In this document: positions 9,275 through 19,612 of the stretch, one piece after another | Layout of the letters: every line of letters begins with the position of its first letter | Numbering within the stretch: the first letter of the stretch is position 1 | Assembly: GCA_038215155.1 (NCBI GenBank) | Contig: JBBQRF010000001.1 | Span: 54,042 to 118,041 of the forward strand | Origin: Minisyncoccia bacterium | GTDB lineage: Bacteria; Patescibacteriota; Minisyncoccia; Phycocordibacterales; CAJBRS01 | Reading direction: 5' to 3' | DNA: 64,000 bases | Translations under genes and position numbers: made by a program | Notes under the pieces: generated by a model | Databases searched by the model: none | Seen by the model: only the letters and a program-made list of their open reading frames with translations | What the model was told of the DNA's origin: nothing

Positions 9275-9493
9275 TCAATGGCTCTGGACAATACCTCGGA
9301 TGAAATTGAGAAGTAATAGAAAATCTTGCCAAATTATTTTAGTCAGTCCCCATACGTAGATGAAAAAATCTCGAACTGATTGCTTGGCCAAGAGACCGCT
9401 TAAACTAATATTTAAAAAATGAATAATGAGCAGAGCAATAATTAAGACGACAATGATTTGAATGATGCCTTGTTTATTTGGTCGTTTTTTCAT
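9275..9493 (-). CDS. small putative membrane protein (uncertain)
   Basis: About 72 aa (MKKRPNKQGIIQIIVVLIIALLIIHF...) with one or two hydrophobic helices. It overlaps the asnB stop region. Weak support. Confidence 0.2.
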   Translation of the reverse strand: MKKRPNKQGIIQIIVVLIIALLIIHFLNISLSGLLAKQSVRDFFIYVWGLTKIIWQDFLLLLNFIRGIVQSH

Positions 9494-11321
9494 TGACAAA
9501 GACATTATACCAAAGGGCGAGAAGGTAGAGAACGTATATTTTCCTAGAATTATCCGCTTTTTTGTTAAGGTGATTTTCGGAAAGCTGGCGAATATATTTC
9601 AGACTAAATTTAGTTGAAATATATTCATTTTCGACAATTGTACTTAAAATTTCCTTGGCCGTAGTTTCATTTTGGAGCCAGTTGCGGATTGGTGTTGGGA
9701 AGCCGAGTTTTTTGCGGCCTGCTGTCTCCTTGGGCAGGATGCTTTCAAATGCCTTGCGCAAAATGTATTTGGTTTGACCATTTTTGTATTTCAATTCTTC
9801 AGGAATGCGTCCGGATATTTTAGCAATTTCAATGTCAAGAAAAGGCACACGTAGCTCCAGTGAATTAGCCATTGTCATCTTATCTGCTTTGGCCAAGATG
9901 TCGCCTGGCAGCCAAGTATTTATATCGATGAATTGCATTTTGGCAGAATCGAGCTGAATTTTCACTTGATCATAGACGGGGTTTAGATCTAGTTTCTCGT
10001 TAGGATTGGCTTTCCATAGTTCGGCAATTTCTTCAGGGTGAAAGATGTAAGCATTGCCAATGTAGCGTTCTCGGATAGGAATGAGAACGCGATTCAAATA
10101 ATTTTTGCCGTAGAAATTCAAAGGTAGATGAGCAAAAAAGTGGATGAGTGATTTGGGTAGCCATTTTAATTTATTAAGGGCAAATGGTTCGCGATAAATA
10201 TTGTAGCCGCCAAATAGTTCATCACTTCCCTCGCCCGAAAGCACCACCTTGACGTGCTTTCGGGCTTCTCTAGCCAAGAAGTAAAGCGCCACCGCTGAGG
10301 GGTCGGCGACCGGCTCGTCGAAATGCCATACCACTTTAGGCATTTCTTGGAAATATTCTTCTGGCGAAATATTAATTTCAGTGTGATCAGTACCTAGAAG
10401 ATCGGCCATTATTTTAGCTTCACTCTGCTCGCTGACTTCTTCAAATCCAATGGTGAATGTTTTGAGATTTCCGCCTTGCTCTTTGCGAACTTTACTCATC
10501 ATGGCAACAATGATGGCGCTATCAATACCGCCAGACAGAAAGGCACCCACGGGAACATCAGCAATCATATGAGCCCGTACTGAGTTTTCAATTCCTTCTT
10601 GAATTTCCTTTTTTAGTAGGATCTCATCAATATTTTTTTCCCGAAACTGATAACCCCAATATTTCTCCTCTTTAATACTTTGGTCGGCTAAATTGATCTT
10701 TAAAAAGTGACCGGGTAAAAGTTTGTGAATATTGCGAAAAAAAGTTTCTTTTAAAGGATTGTATTGGTAAGAAAGATAGTTATAGATGGCGCGCTCATTT
10801 AATTCCGGTTTAAAATCTGGATGAAGGAGCAGGCACTTCATCTCTGAAGCAAATCCTTTCAACTTCCAATCGTCAAAATAATAATAAAGTGGCTTAATAC
10901 CGAAATAATCTCGCGCGACGAACATCTCGTCGCGCCCTAAATCATAAATAGCAAAAGTGAACATTCCTCGAAGTCGGAGTAGCATTTCTTCGCCGTGTTG
11001 CTCATATAAGTGAATTAGAGTTTCAGTATCGCTTTCTGTTGTAAGAGTGTGTCCTTGCAGTATTAATTCTTCTCGAAGTTCCCGATAATTGTAGATCTCA
11101 CCATTAAATACAATACAAATAGTTTTATTTTCATTCCAGATCGGTTGATCGCCAGTGGAAAGATCTATAATGCTCAAGCGCCGCATACCGATAGAAGCTT
11201 TCGGGCCATCAAAAAAACCATCATCGTCAGGCCCGCGATGATGAATTCTCTCAACCATTTCTCTAATTATCTTTTCTTTGTTTGGAGTGTTTGCTCCGAC
11301 GATTCCAGCAATGCCGCACAT
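9474..11321 (-). CDS. asnB: asparagine synthase (glutamine-hydrolysing)
   Basis: 615 aa; N-terminal MCGIAGI (Cys2 nucleophile of an Ntn amidotransferase); SGGIDSA PP-loop. Confidence 0.92.
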   Translation of the reverse strand: MCGIAGIVGANTPNKEKIIREMVERIHHRGPDDDGFFDGPKASIGMRRLSIIDLSTGDQPIWNENKTICIVFNGEIYNYRELREELILQGHTLTTESDTETLIHLYEQHGEEMLLRLRGMFTFAIYDLGRDEMFVARDYFGIKPLYYYFDDWKLKGFASEMKCLLLHPDFKPELNERAIYNYLSYQYNPLKETFFRNIHKLLPGHFLKINLADQSIKEEKYWGYQFREKNIDEILLKKEIQEGIENSVRAHMIADVPVGAFLSGGIDSAIIVAMMSKVRKEQGGNLKTFTIGFEEVSEQSEAKIMADLLGTDHTEINISPEEYFQEMPKVVWHFDEPVADPSAVALYFLAREARKHVKVVLSGEGSDELFGGYNIYREPFALNKLKWLPKSLIHFFAHLPLNFYGKNYLNRVLIPIRERYIGNAYIFHPEEIAELWKANPNEKLDLNPVYDQVKIQLDSAKMQFIDINTWLPGDILAKADKMTMANSLELRVPFLDIEIAKISGRIPEELKYKNGQTKYILRKAFESILPKETAGRKKLGFPTPIRNWLQNETTAKEILSTIVENEYISTKFSLKYIRQLSENHLNKKADNSRKIYVLYLLALWYNVFVNEKTTK

Positions 11322-11339
11322 GAAATAAGTATAACGGAT

Positions 11340-12650
11340 TTATTGAGTGGGGCCACTATAGCCCGGTAGATATAACAATGGGTCGAGATAGCCGTTGACG
11401 GCGGCAATCGGCAGGCGATAGATTCGATTGCCACAAACTTTACTTGGTAGATCTTTCATTTGGACACCGGCGGAGGCATAGACACTTAAATGAAGATGGG
11501 GGCCTGTAGCGTAGCCCGTCGAACCACTATAACCTATAATGTCTCCGCGATGGACTTGCTGGCCTTCACGCACAGAAATTACCGAAAGATGCCCATATGT
11601 GGTGGCTAAACCATTATAGTGCCTAATAAATACATAGCGTCCAAATGAAGCACCCGGACAAACTAAATCTGTATCCGTTGCTCCTTCCACTGCGCCATCG
11701 GCTACTGCTTTTACGGGGGTTCCGATACTAACTCCAAAATCTACTCCGTTATGAGAGCCTGACACATACAGCCGCGCAGAAGCATTAGTAACGCCAAAAA
11801 GTTGGGTAACTCTTACTTTATCCAATGGCCAACTTAAAACACCCGAACCAGCCTTTGGTAAAGTAGAAGGATCTAATTTAAATTTTAATTGCGACTCATA
11901 ATCATATAGTTCTTTTTCAAAGGCCGCTTTTTTAGCTTGTTTATCAGAAATAGTTTGCTGATAAATTTTTTCTTGATTTTTTGTCTCAGTTAATAACTGC
12001 CGCTGTTGTTGTTGGTTATAAAGCACTACTTTTTCTTGATCACTTAGCTGTTTTTGGTAGATCTGTAAATTGTTTTTCTCGACGGTGGTAGAGGCTTGAT
12101 CCTTCTCCAGTCCAGCTTTTAGAGTTTTCAAACCAAGAACTCTTTCGCGGACGCTACTCTGAAAAGTAATAATATTCTGAACATCGTTCCAGATATCTCC
12201 CAAATTTTTTCGACTAAGAATGGATGTGACTATGCTTTCTGAATCAGTTTGTTGAATTTTTCGCATGGCTTCGGCCAGGGCGCCTTGTCCAGTATGAATA
12301 TTTTTTGTTTTATCGCCTATTTGAATATTTAGTTTTTGAATATCCAAATTTGCAACATCAATTTTGGTTTGAGTTATTTTAATACTGGCGTCCAGCTTTT
12401 TTTGAGTAGCTTGAAGGGAAAGAATGGCTTTTTGCAAACTTTTAGCTTGAGCTGTGGTTTTATCAGCCAAGGCCTGGTATTGAGCAATCTCCTTTTCCAA
12501 TTGAGCGATATTGGCATTCCGTTGATTAATCTGGGCCTGCAGATCAGAAATGTCGTCAGCATGGGCTGCTCGAAAAATGACGAGCAGCAAAATAAAAACC
12601 AATACTGAAGATCTAATTAAGGAAGATAATTTAAATTTTTTTAATAGCAT
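11340..12650 (-). CDS. M23-family peptidoglycan metalloendopeptidase with coiled-coil N-terminus
   Basis: About 437 aa from ATG 12650 (MLLKKFKLSSLIRSSVLVFILLL signal/TM). Long Gln/Lys-rich coiled coil. C-terminal M23 motifs HNGVDF...GSTGYATGPHLH. The start overlaps the gltX 3' end by 20 nt. Confidence 0.8.
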   Translation of the reverse strand: MLLKKFKLSSLIRSSVLVFILLLVIFRAAHADDISDLQAQINQRNANIAQLEKEIAQYQALADKTTAQAKSLQKAILSLQATQKKLDASIKITQTKIDVANLDIQKLNIQIGDKTKNIHTGQGALAEAMRKIQQTDSESIVTSILSRKNLGDIWNDVQNIITFQSSVRERVLGLKTLKAGLEKDQASTTVEKNNLQIYQKQLSDQEKVVLYNQQQQRQLLTETKNQEKIYQQTISDKQAKKAAFEKELYDYESQLKFKLDPSTLPKAGSGVLSWPLDKVRVTQLFGVTNASARLYVSGSHNGVDFGVSIGTPVKAVADGAVEGATDTDLVCPGASFGRYVFIRHYNGLATTYGHLSVISVREGQQVHRGDIIGYSGSTGYATGPHLHLSVYASAGVQMKDLPSKVCGNRIYRLPIAAVNGYLDPLLYLPGYSGPTQ

Positions 12651-13992
12651 TATCAATTCTGCGCAAAGTTTCTTCTTTCCCAAAAATTTCAGCAAGTGTG
12701 AATGGGTCAGGTGATTTCTCTTGTCCGGAAAGACAGTAGCGCATAGCCCATAGTACCAGACCTCTACCCTTTTCTTCTGCATACGGCCAAACGGCCTCCT
12801 TTATGTTTAGCTGATTAAAAGGCTCTGAAAGTGGCTCTAAAAGGGCTTTTAGACGGCCTAAAATGGGCTTTAAAGCTTCTAAAGTGACTTCCTGACCCTT
12901 TCTTTGTTTGGGCGGGCACAGAAGATTTTCGGCTGAATATTTGGGATCACTAAAAAAGTATTTGAACTCTGTCTGCGCCATCTCAGTGACCTCGCCAAAG
13001 GTGGAAAGCCGTTCTCGAAGGAGAGGCAAAATTTTCGGTAGCATTAGAGAAAATTTTGCTGAATTCTTAATATCTTCCGGTAAAAATTCTATTACTTTAT
13101 CTTTAAATTCCTCATCCGACAGGAGTCTCATATGTTCCTTATTAATCCATTTTAATTTAACCATATCAAAAATAGCTCCACTTTTTTGTACTCGATCCAG
13201 ACTGAATTCTCCAATCAATTCTTCCATAGAAAATATTTCCTGTTCAGTCCCTGGATTCCATCCTAACAGAGCAAGATAATTAATCAGTGCTTGAGGCAAG
13301 AAGCCTTGGTCTCGATAATCAAATACACTAACAGCGCCATGACGTCCGGAAAATTTAGATCGGTCTGCCGCTAAAATCATTGGGAAGTGCGCATAAATCG
13401 GTCTTGGCGCACTAATTGCCTCCTGGATCAAGATTTGGCGTGGAGTATTGGAAATATGATCTTCCCCTCGCAATACATGCGTAATGCCCATTTCAAAATC
13501 ATCTACCACTACAGTTAGATGATAGAGCGGGTCATCAATACCGCGAGCTATGACAAAGTCTTTCAATTCAGTTGTGTCGAACTCAACTTCTCCTCGAATC
13601 AGATCTAAGAATTTTATTTTTTTATTAGGATTACGAAAACGAACTACCTCTTTCATTTCCCCGGAGGCGTCTTTCGCCGGCTCCGGGGAAATGTACGCCA
13701 CTCCACCCTCAATCATTTTTTGCAAATATTTTTTATACTCACCCGTTCTTTCCGATTGCCGGAACGGCCCTTGATCATATGAAATCCCGAGCCACTTTAA
13801 ACTTTCGATGATAACATCTTCGAACTCCTTTTTAGATCGCTCTTTGTCAGTATCTTCCAACCGAAAAACCATCTCTCCGCCATTCTTGCGAGTAAATAAA
13901 AAATTAAAGAGTGCCGTGCGAGCCCGACCAATATGAAGAAAGCCAGTCGGGCTCGGCGGGAAGCGAGTTATTATTTTTGGTTCATCGCTCAT
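12631..13992 (-). CDS. gltX: glutamyl-tRNA synthetase
   Basis: About 453 aa from ATG 13992 (MSDEPKIITRFPPSPTGFLHIGRARTALFNF, HIGH motif); KMSKS-like RHGAVS region. The track's longer N-terminal extension overlaps murG and is rejected. Confidence 0.9.
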   Translation of the reverse strand: MSDEPKIITRFPPSPTGFLHIGRARTALFNFLFTRKNGGEMVFRLEDTDKERSKKEFEDVIIESLKWLGISYDQGPFRQSERTGEYKKYLQKMIEGGVAYISPEPAKDASGEMKEVVRFRNPNKKIKFLDLIRGEVEFDTTELKDFVIARGIDDPLYHLTVVVDDFEMGITHVLRGEDHISNTPRQILIQEAISAPRPIYAHFPMILAADRSKFSGRHGAVSVFDYRDQGFLPQALINYLALLGWNPGTEQEIFSMEELIGEFSLDRVQKSGAIFDMVKLKWINKEHMRLLSDEEFKDKVIEFLPEDIKNSAKFSLMLPKILPLLRERLSTFGEVTEMAQTEFKYFFSDPKYSAENLLCPPKQRKGQEVTLEALKPILGRLKALLEPLSEPFNQLNIKEAVWPYAEEKGRGLVLWAMRYCLSGQEKSPDPFTLAEIFGKEETLRRIDNAIKKI

Positions 13993-13993
13993 A

Positions 13994-15121
13994 CTAGCTT
14001 TGATGCTCCAGCCCCAAAGTGATAATTTTCGCTGCAATTTTTCGCGCGGCGTCGAGCTTAGCAAAATTTTTGGCCGCCGTGCGCATCTTCTCATAAATGT
14101 CTGGGTTATCCAGTATTCGACGTACTTCCGATAATAAAATCTCAGGAGTCAGATTGTCCTGCTCAATAACTATTGCTGCGCCCGAACGAGCATAAGCATA
14201 CGCATTGTGTCTCTGGTCATGGCTCACTTTTTCAGGAATTGGAATCATGATACTAGGCAATCCCCAAGCTGCAATTTCAAATAGCGATGAGCCACTTCGA
14301 GAAATCACTAATTTGCTTGCCCCTGCTGACATTCGCATAGCCAAATCATTTAAATAATCGTAGGGCTTATATCTTTCTGGGTGAGGACTCTTCTCCAGGA
14401 TAACCTTAGCCCGACCCTTCACCTCTTTTAAATTTTTAGGCCCAGTCTGATGAATAACTTGGTATTTTTCTAAAAGTCCTGGTAAAGCATCTAGAATTTT
14501 TTCGTTTATCGCCTGTGCGCCTTGAGAACCGCCTAAGACTAAAATGGTTGGCAGATCTTTTTGTAAATTTAAAAATTCGTAAGAACCCTCAGTGGCTGGA
14601 ATGATAATTTCTTTGCGAATGGGATTGCCAGTATAAACGACTTTTTCTTCCGGAAAACAGTTAGCGGTTTCAGGATATGAAATGGCCACCGCCTTAGCAA
14701 ATTTTCCTGCCCAAGCATTTGTTTTGCCTGGTACCGTATCAGATTCGTGAATAATTACCGGTATTTTCAAAAGTTTAGCCGCGAAGAGTACCGGAAAGCT
14801 AGTGTATCCACCCTTACCAAAGACTACGTCGGGATAGATCCAAAAAACCTTCCAAAGGGAGAGCACCACTCCCCATGCTGTTTTAAATATGTCAAAAAAA
14901 TTTAATATGGAATGATAGCGACGAATCTTGCCGGCCTCTATCTTCCTATAATTAATATCGTGATCAAAAAGGATCTGACTGGAATATGGAGTGGGAGCTA
15001 AATAATAAATTTTCGCTTCCAAGAGTTTTTCTTCGCGCATTAAACTGCGCAGCTCTTCAGCTACCGCAATTAATGGATAGAAGTGTCCACCCGTACCTCC
15101 TCCGCAAAATACAATTTTCAT
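13994..15121 (-). CDS. murG: UDP-GlcNAc:lipid I GlcNAc transferase
   Basis: 375 aa; MKIVFCGGGTGGHFYPLIAV N-terminal signature; GT28 C-terminal domain. Confidence 0.92.
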   Translation of the reverse strand: MKIVFCGGGTGGHFYPLIAVAEELRSLMREEKLLEAKIYYLAPTPYSSQILFDHDINYRKIEAGKIRRYHSILNFFDIFKTAWGVVLSLWKVFWIYPDVVFGKGGYTSFPVLFAAKLLKIPVIIHESDTVPGKTNAWAGKFAKAVAISYPETANCFPEEKVVYTGNPIRKEIIIPATEGSYEFLNLQKDLPTILVLGGSQGAQAINEKILDALPGLLEKYQVIHQTGPKNLKEVKGRAKVILEKSPHPERYKPYDYLNDLAMRMSAGASKLVISRSGSSLFEIAAWGLPSIMIPIPEKVSHDQRHNAYAYARSGAAIVIEQDNLTPEILLSEVRRILDNPDIYEKMRTAAKNFAKLDAARKIAAKIITLGLEHQS

Positions 15122-15123
15122 AA

Positions 15124-16224
15124 TTAGATAACTTTAAGATTTTGAGAACGCGAAACGTTTAGGATGATGCCGACCTCGGCCAAAGTAAAAAATAGGGCCG
15201 TTCCGCCGTGACTAATAAAAAGTAAAGGGATGCCCGAAACCGGCAAAATGCCGAGCATTGAGGCAATATTGACGAAAGACTCGGCTAATATCAGTATAAC
15301 AAGTCCTATGACGAGCAGTCTACCGAAGAGATCTGTCGTGCGTGAAGCAATCCGAAGACCTCGAAATGTAAAGAATAAAAATAGGAAAATGATTAAGGAG
15401 CCTCCAATGAAACCGAATTCTTCAGCGGCCACAGCAAAAATGGAATCTCCAATTGGTTCAGGGAGATAATTGAATTTTTGAATACTTTGTCCAAAACCTC
15501 TGCCGGTAATTTGTCCCGTGCCTATGGCAATCTGCGATTGTTGAATCTGGTAGCCGCTACCCTGAGCATCATTAGCGGGGTGAATGAAAGTGTCTATTCG
15601 CTGTTTAATGTAGGGTCGGGAAAAATATAGAACTCCCACGCCAAGAATACCGATGGCTCCTAAAATAAAAATATCTCGCCATCGGCACCCCGCAACTACA
15701 AACATTGAGAGTCCAGCAATGAATATGACCCCAAAAGTGGCTGTATCAGGCTCAGACAGAATAAGTGCAGCGGCAATAGCTACTAGAATGGCAAACGGGA
15801 TAGTGCCGTGTTTAAGAGTGGTGACTTTTTGCTTTACGCCAGAAAGCCAAGCGGCAAAATAAATAACAAAGCCTACTTTAAAAATCTCTGCGGGTTGAAA
15901 AGAAAAATTTCCAACATCTACCCAACGGCGAGCGCCCCCAAATTTCATTCCAATATGAGGAATGAAAACTAAGATAACAGCAAAAATTGAAGCGATAAAA
16001 ATAAAAAGCGAATACTTTCGCCAAACCTTATATGGAATTCTGCTATTAATAAAACAGGCAATGGAGCCGCCGATAATGCCTAAAACTATTTGGTTGATTA
16101 AAACCGAGCGAAAGGTATTTCCTTTACCAGCAAGAAGTCCGAGTGATGCAGAGCTAAAAATAAAAAGTCCCGCAATGACTAAAATGAAAGTAGAAATTAA
16201 AAATGGCTTATCAACGGTTTTCAT
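15124..16224 (-). CDS. ftsW: SEDS-family lipid II flippase/polymerase (FtsW/RodA)
   Basis: 366 aa; about 10 TM helices; SEDS motifs (GxxRRW-like GGARRWVDVG, PEPIGD-like region); position between mraY and murG. Confidence 0.85.
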   Translation of the reverse strand: MKTVDKPFLISTFILVIAGLFIFSSASLGLLAGKGNTFRSVLINQIVLGIIGGSIACFINSRIPYKVWRKYSLFIFIASIFAVILVFIPHIGMKFGGARRWVDVGNFSFQPAEIFKVGFVIYFAAWLSGVKQKVTTLKHGTIPFAILVAIAAALILSEPDTATFGVIFIAGLSMFVVAGCRWRDIFILGAIGILGVGVLYFSRPYIKQRIDTFIHPANDAQGSGYQIQQSQIAIGTGQITGRGFGQSIQKFNYLPEPIGDSIFAVAAEEFGFIGGSLIIFLFLFFTFRGLRIASRTTDLFGRLLVIGLVILILAESFVNIASMLGILPVSGIPLLFISHGGTALFFTLAEVGIILNVSRSQNLKVI

Positions 16225-17279
16225 TAGCTAATGATGGCGATCATGGCGCCGATTAATGCAAAAACGAACGAAATAATCCAAAAGCGCATAGTCACCTTAT
16301 AGGAAGGCCAGCCCAATGCTTCAAAATGGTGATGAAGCGGAGCAACTATAAATACCTTACGATTAAAATAGACTTTAGAAATCCGCTGAATAATTACGGA
16401 AAGTGAGGTAATAAAAAGAGGAAAAGCGATCAGGGGTAATACTAAAACGGAATTAGTTAGGAAAGCTATGATAGAAAGAGTAACCGTTAAGCCAAGCATA
16501 CCTGTCTCACCCATGTAGAAGCGAGCCGGCGGAATATTAAACCAAAGAAAAGCCAGTATTCCACCAGTGATTACTGCGCAAAAAGCCGCCAGGTCAATTT
16601 GGTGATGAACGAAGGCAATAATCATGTAAGCGCCGAAAGAAGATGCCATTACTCCCCCAGCCAATCCATCAATTCCATCGATCACTGATCCGGAGAAGAC
16701 GGCCAGCATGACTATGATGAAAAATGGAATAAAAGAAAGTCCGAGATTAACGTCTTGCCAAAATGGTACATGGACGGTAACTGTCTGCAGCTTAAAGAAA
16801 AACCACCATGCCCCGATGGACCCTAAAAAAAGAACTATTAATACCCGGAGTCTTCGATTCAGGCCGTCACTAAATTGAATATTCTTGCTGTAAATTTGTA
16901 ATAGATCGTCTACCAAACCAACAATAGAAGCAAAGATTAAAGTGAAAAGTGGCAATAGGGTTTGATTTTGGCTAAGAAAGTTTAATTTAATATTTAGCTT
17001 GCTGGGAAAGACAAAGGAATTAATGGAGAGCAATAAAGTAGTAATTAAGACAGAGAGCCAGACAATTACTCCGCCTATTCGAGGAGTGGAGGTCTCCCCT
17101 TGGTGATTATGAATCTTTTGAAATTCCGGAGTGACCACGTCCTTGTTTGCGGCACTTCTCGAGCGGTTTTTCCACATTCTCCGTGAGTAAAGGATGTTAG
17201 AGATGCTGGGAGTAATTAACAAACCGATGAAAAAAGATAATAGAGCGGGCAGAAAAACCTTTACAGTACTTAGTAACAT
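16224..17279 (-). CDS. mraY: phospho-N-acetylmuramoyl-pentapeptide transferase
   Basis: 351 aa; GLVDDL and APLHHHFE motifs; polytopic membrane protein. Confidence 0.9.
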   Translation of the reverse strand: MLLSTVKVFLPALLSFFIGLLITPSISNILYSRRMWKNRSRSAANKDVVTPEFQKIHNHQGETSTPRIGGVIVWLSVLITTLLLSINSFVFPSKLNIKLNFLSQNQTLLPLFTLIFASIVGLVDDLLQIYSKNIQFSDGLNRRLRVLIVLFLGSIGAWWFFFKLQTVTVHVPFWQDVNLGLSFIPFFIIVMLAVFSGSVIDGIDGLAGGVMASSFGAYMIIAFVHHQIDLAAFCAVITGGILAFLWFNIPPARFYMGETGMLGLTVTLSIIAFLTNSVLVLPLIAFPLFITSLSVIIQRISKVYFNRKVFIVAPLHHHFEALGWPSYKVTMRFWIISFVFALIGAMIAIIS

Positions 17280-17304
17280 AGGAAAATTATACTAAAAAAG
17301 GGCA

Positions 17305-18261
17305 TCATTGTCGTATTAAATAGGCCCGAGTAGAGGAAGCCAGTTTTAAGGTGTCACTAAAGCGTCCATCGGCCGTTGATCCTAAGACTGTAATAATTAT
17401 AGGGTGATTAAGGCTGGGACTGTACACAATGGTCAAATTACCTCCCGCGAGCAAGGTGTATCCTGTTTTAGAGGCAATGATGCCAGACAAACGAGTTATG
17501 TCTCGATCGGTGTTAATTCCAGTGTGATTAATACCATCAAGAGAGGTAAATTTAAAAGTATGATGCCGGGTGACTGATAAAATATCGGGTCGATTCATCA
17601 AAATGTAGTGCATTAATTGGCTCACTTCTTTAGCCGAGCCAATGGCGCCAGGGGTAGTTTGATTAATATCCAAACCGCTTTCGTTATTAAAATGAAGAGT
17701 AGAAAGATTGAGGGTGGCTGCTTTATCGTTCATTTCACTAACAAAAGAAATAGTTGAGGAAGCAGCCGCAAGAGCAATGGCATTCGCCCCATCATTAGAA
17801 GAAACTAGTAAAGTAAAATCTCTCAAGTCTTTAAAACGCCAAGCCTCATTAGCTATTAAATTATTACTTCCTTCGAGTGCTAATGAAGAGGTCGAAACAA
17901 TTACTTGGGTCTCGTCTTTCAAAATTTCTGAAGCCAACAATGCCGTCATTAGTTTTGCGATGGAGGCGAGCGGAAGTGCTACATTGGCATTTTTTTCGTA
18001 AATGACTTTATTTGTAGTAATGTCTAGAACATAAACAGCTCGCGCCTGAAGCTTAAGAGAATTAAACGATTCTGAAGTGTCGGTTACGGGCTGCGACAAG
18101 GCCTGAGCAATGGTAGACGAACTAGCTAAGGTAGATGTAGCGATATTGGAAGAATTGATTGTAAATTTTCTCGAAGGTAAGTATCCAATAATGAAAAGAA
18201 AAACAATCACTAGGATTGCAATAATCCATTTTTTTGCAGGGGTAATATTAGGCTTACTCAT
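17305..18261 (-). CDS. D-alanyl-D-alanine carboxypeptidase (S11, PBP5-like)
   Basis: 318 aa; SIAK (SxxK), SND (SxN) and KTGYT (KTG) motifs; N-terminal TM anchor. Confidence 0.8.
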   Translation of the reverse strand: MSKPNITPAKKWIIAILVIVFLFIIGYLPSRKFTINSSNIATSTLASSSTIAQALSQPVTDTSESFNSLKLQARAVYVLDITTNKVIYEKNANVALPLASIAKLMTALLASEILKDETQVIVSTSSLALEGSNNLIANEAWRFKDLRDFTLLVSSNDGANAIALAAASSTISFVSEMNDKAATLNLSTLHFNNESGLDINQTTPGAIGSAKEVSQLMHYILMNRPDILSVTRHHTFKFTSLDGINHTGINTDRDITRLSGIIASKTGYTLLAGGNLTIVYSPSLNHPIIITVLGSTADGRFSDTLKLASSTRAYLIRQ

Positions 18262-18826
18262 TCTGGATCTCTTGATTTTCTTCTATCACTTCCTTTGCTT
18301 CTGCCTCCTCTTTAAATTCTGTTAGTTTAGAGATGACATTTTGGTATTCCGGCACTTCCTCAATGCGACTTGCTCCGAGATATGACAAAAGATCAAAGGT
18401 GGGCTTGTATAGGAAACTTCGTTCATCTTTTGGATTGGTTACTTTTTCTACCAGGCCCCTAATAAGCAAATTCCTTAAAATAAACGTAGAATTAACTCCT
18501 CTAATAAAATCTATTCCGCGCCGAGTGATAGGCCCTTTGTATAAAATGACGGAAAGAGTTTCGAGCCCGGCCTTGCCTAAGTCTTTAGTTAATTCCTCTT
18601 TAGTCAAATCCTCTATTAGCTTAGAGTTTTCTGGGGAGGTACCTAACAGTACTTCGTCCTCCTTTCGCATTAATACTAATCCCCTGCCTTTGAGATTATT
18701 TTCTAATGTAGAAAGCGCCGTCTCCACTTCGGCTTGATCCTTTTTTAGAATGTCGGTGAGCCGTTTAATCGAGAGCGGCTCGCCCTTCCAAAACAATATT
18801 GCTTCAATTTTTTGTTCTAAATTCAT
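18254..18826 (-). CDS. scpB: segregation and condensation protein B
   Basis: 190 aa; EAILFWKGEPLSIKRL and tandem winged-helix pattern typical of ScpB. It follows scpA with a 1-nt junction. Confidence 0.85.
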   Translation of the reverse strand: MNLEQKIEAILFWKGEPLSIKRLTDILKKDQAEVETALSTLENNLKGRGLVLMRKEDEVLLGTSPENSKLIEDLTKEELTKDLGKAGLETLSVILYKGPITRRGIDFIRGVNSTFILRNLLIRGLVEKVTNPKDERSFLYKPTFDLLSYLGASRIEEVPEYQNVISKLTEFKEEAEAKEVIEENQEIQNE

Positions 18827-19561
18827 TTAATTATATTTTGGGACACTAACATTTTGAGTTTCCATATGAATATCCTCAAAAAGAGCGCTCTGGGTGACAT
18901 CGATAATACCTTGCTTTACTAATTCAAGCATGGCTAGAAAACTAACAATGACGTTTATCTTGTCTTCCTTACTAATTTTTGTAAATTCACGGAAACTCAT
19001 TTTTAATGAATTCTGAATACGTTTAGTGAGGCTATCTATCATTTCCTCTAGGCTAATGACTTTTTCAACGATCTTTTTTGGTAAGATCTCCGTTTTTGGC
19101 AGATTTGCTAAAAGAGACTGCATAGCTATCACCAGAGTTTTCATTGATAGATCATGGGCTGGTGAAAAAACTGGATTTATAATCTTAGATGTGGACTTTG
19201 GGAAAATTATTTTCCTGCCGAAATGTTCTCGTAAACTTGCGGTGGCTTCTCGAAGGATTTTATAAACTCGCAATCTTTCTTGGAGCTCTTCGATACTCAT
19301 TTCTTCTTCTTCTGAAAGATTGAGGGCCGGCAATAAAGATTTGGATTTAATTAGCACTAAAGTGGAGGCAATTAAAATGAAATTAGCGCTGTCCGGAATA
19401 GAAAATTGAGGTAATTTCTTCAGATACTCCAAATAATCATCAGTCACTTTGGCCAGGGAGATATCGTTAATCAAGAACTTGCGCTTCTCAATTAAGCTCA
19501 ACAGAAGATCTAAAGGGCCTTCAAATTGTTCGGTTTTAATGGCAAAAGCAGTTTTTTCCAC
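18827..19561 (-). CDS. scpA: segregation and condensation protein A
   Basis: 244 aa; FEGPLDLLLSLIEKRKFLINDISLAKVTDDYL kleisin N-terminus. Confidence 0.85.
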   Translation of the reverse strand: MEKTAFAIKTEQFEGPLDLLLSLIEKRKFLINDISLAKVTDDYLEYLKKLPQFSIPDSANFILIASTLVLIKSKSLLPALNLSEEEEMSIEELQERLRVYKILREATASLREHFGRKIIFPKSTSKIINPVFSPAHDLSMKTLVIAMQSLLANLPKTEILPKKIVEKVISLEEMIDSLTKRIQNSLKMSFREFTKISKEDKINVIVSFLAMLELVKQGIIDVTQSALFEDIHMETQNVSVPKYN

Positions 19562-19579
19562 AAGCTAATTATATAGTAG

Positions 19580-19612
19580 AAATAGGGGCGGGCGAAGCCC
19601 GCCCCTATTTCT
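19580..19612 (-). terminator. rho-independent terminator after ABC exporter gene
   Basis: aggggcgggc-gaag-cccgcccct hairpin immediately after the stop codon at 19612. Confidence 0.6.

Noticed and set aside
9090-9332. 80-aa minus-strand ORF overlapping the start region of the 8911..9249 gene
   Set aside because: It is out of frame with and overlaps a better candidate, and it has no motifs.
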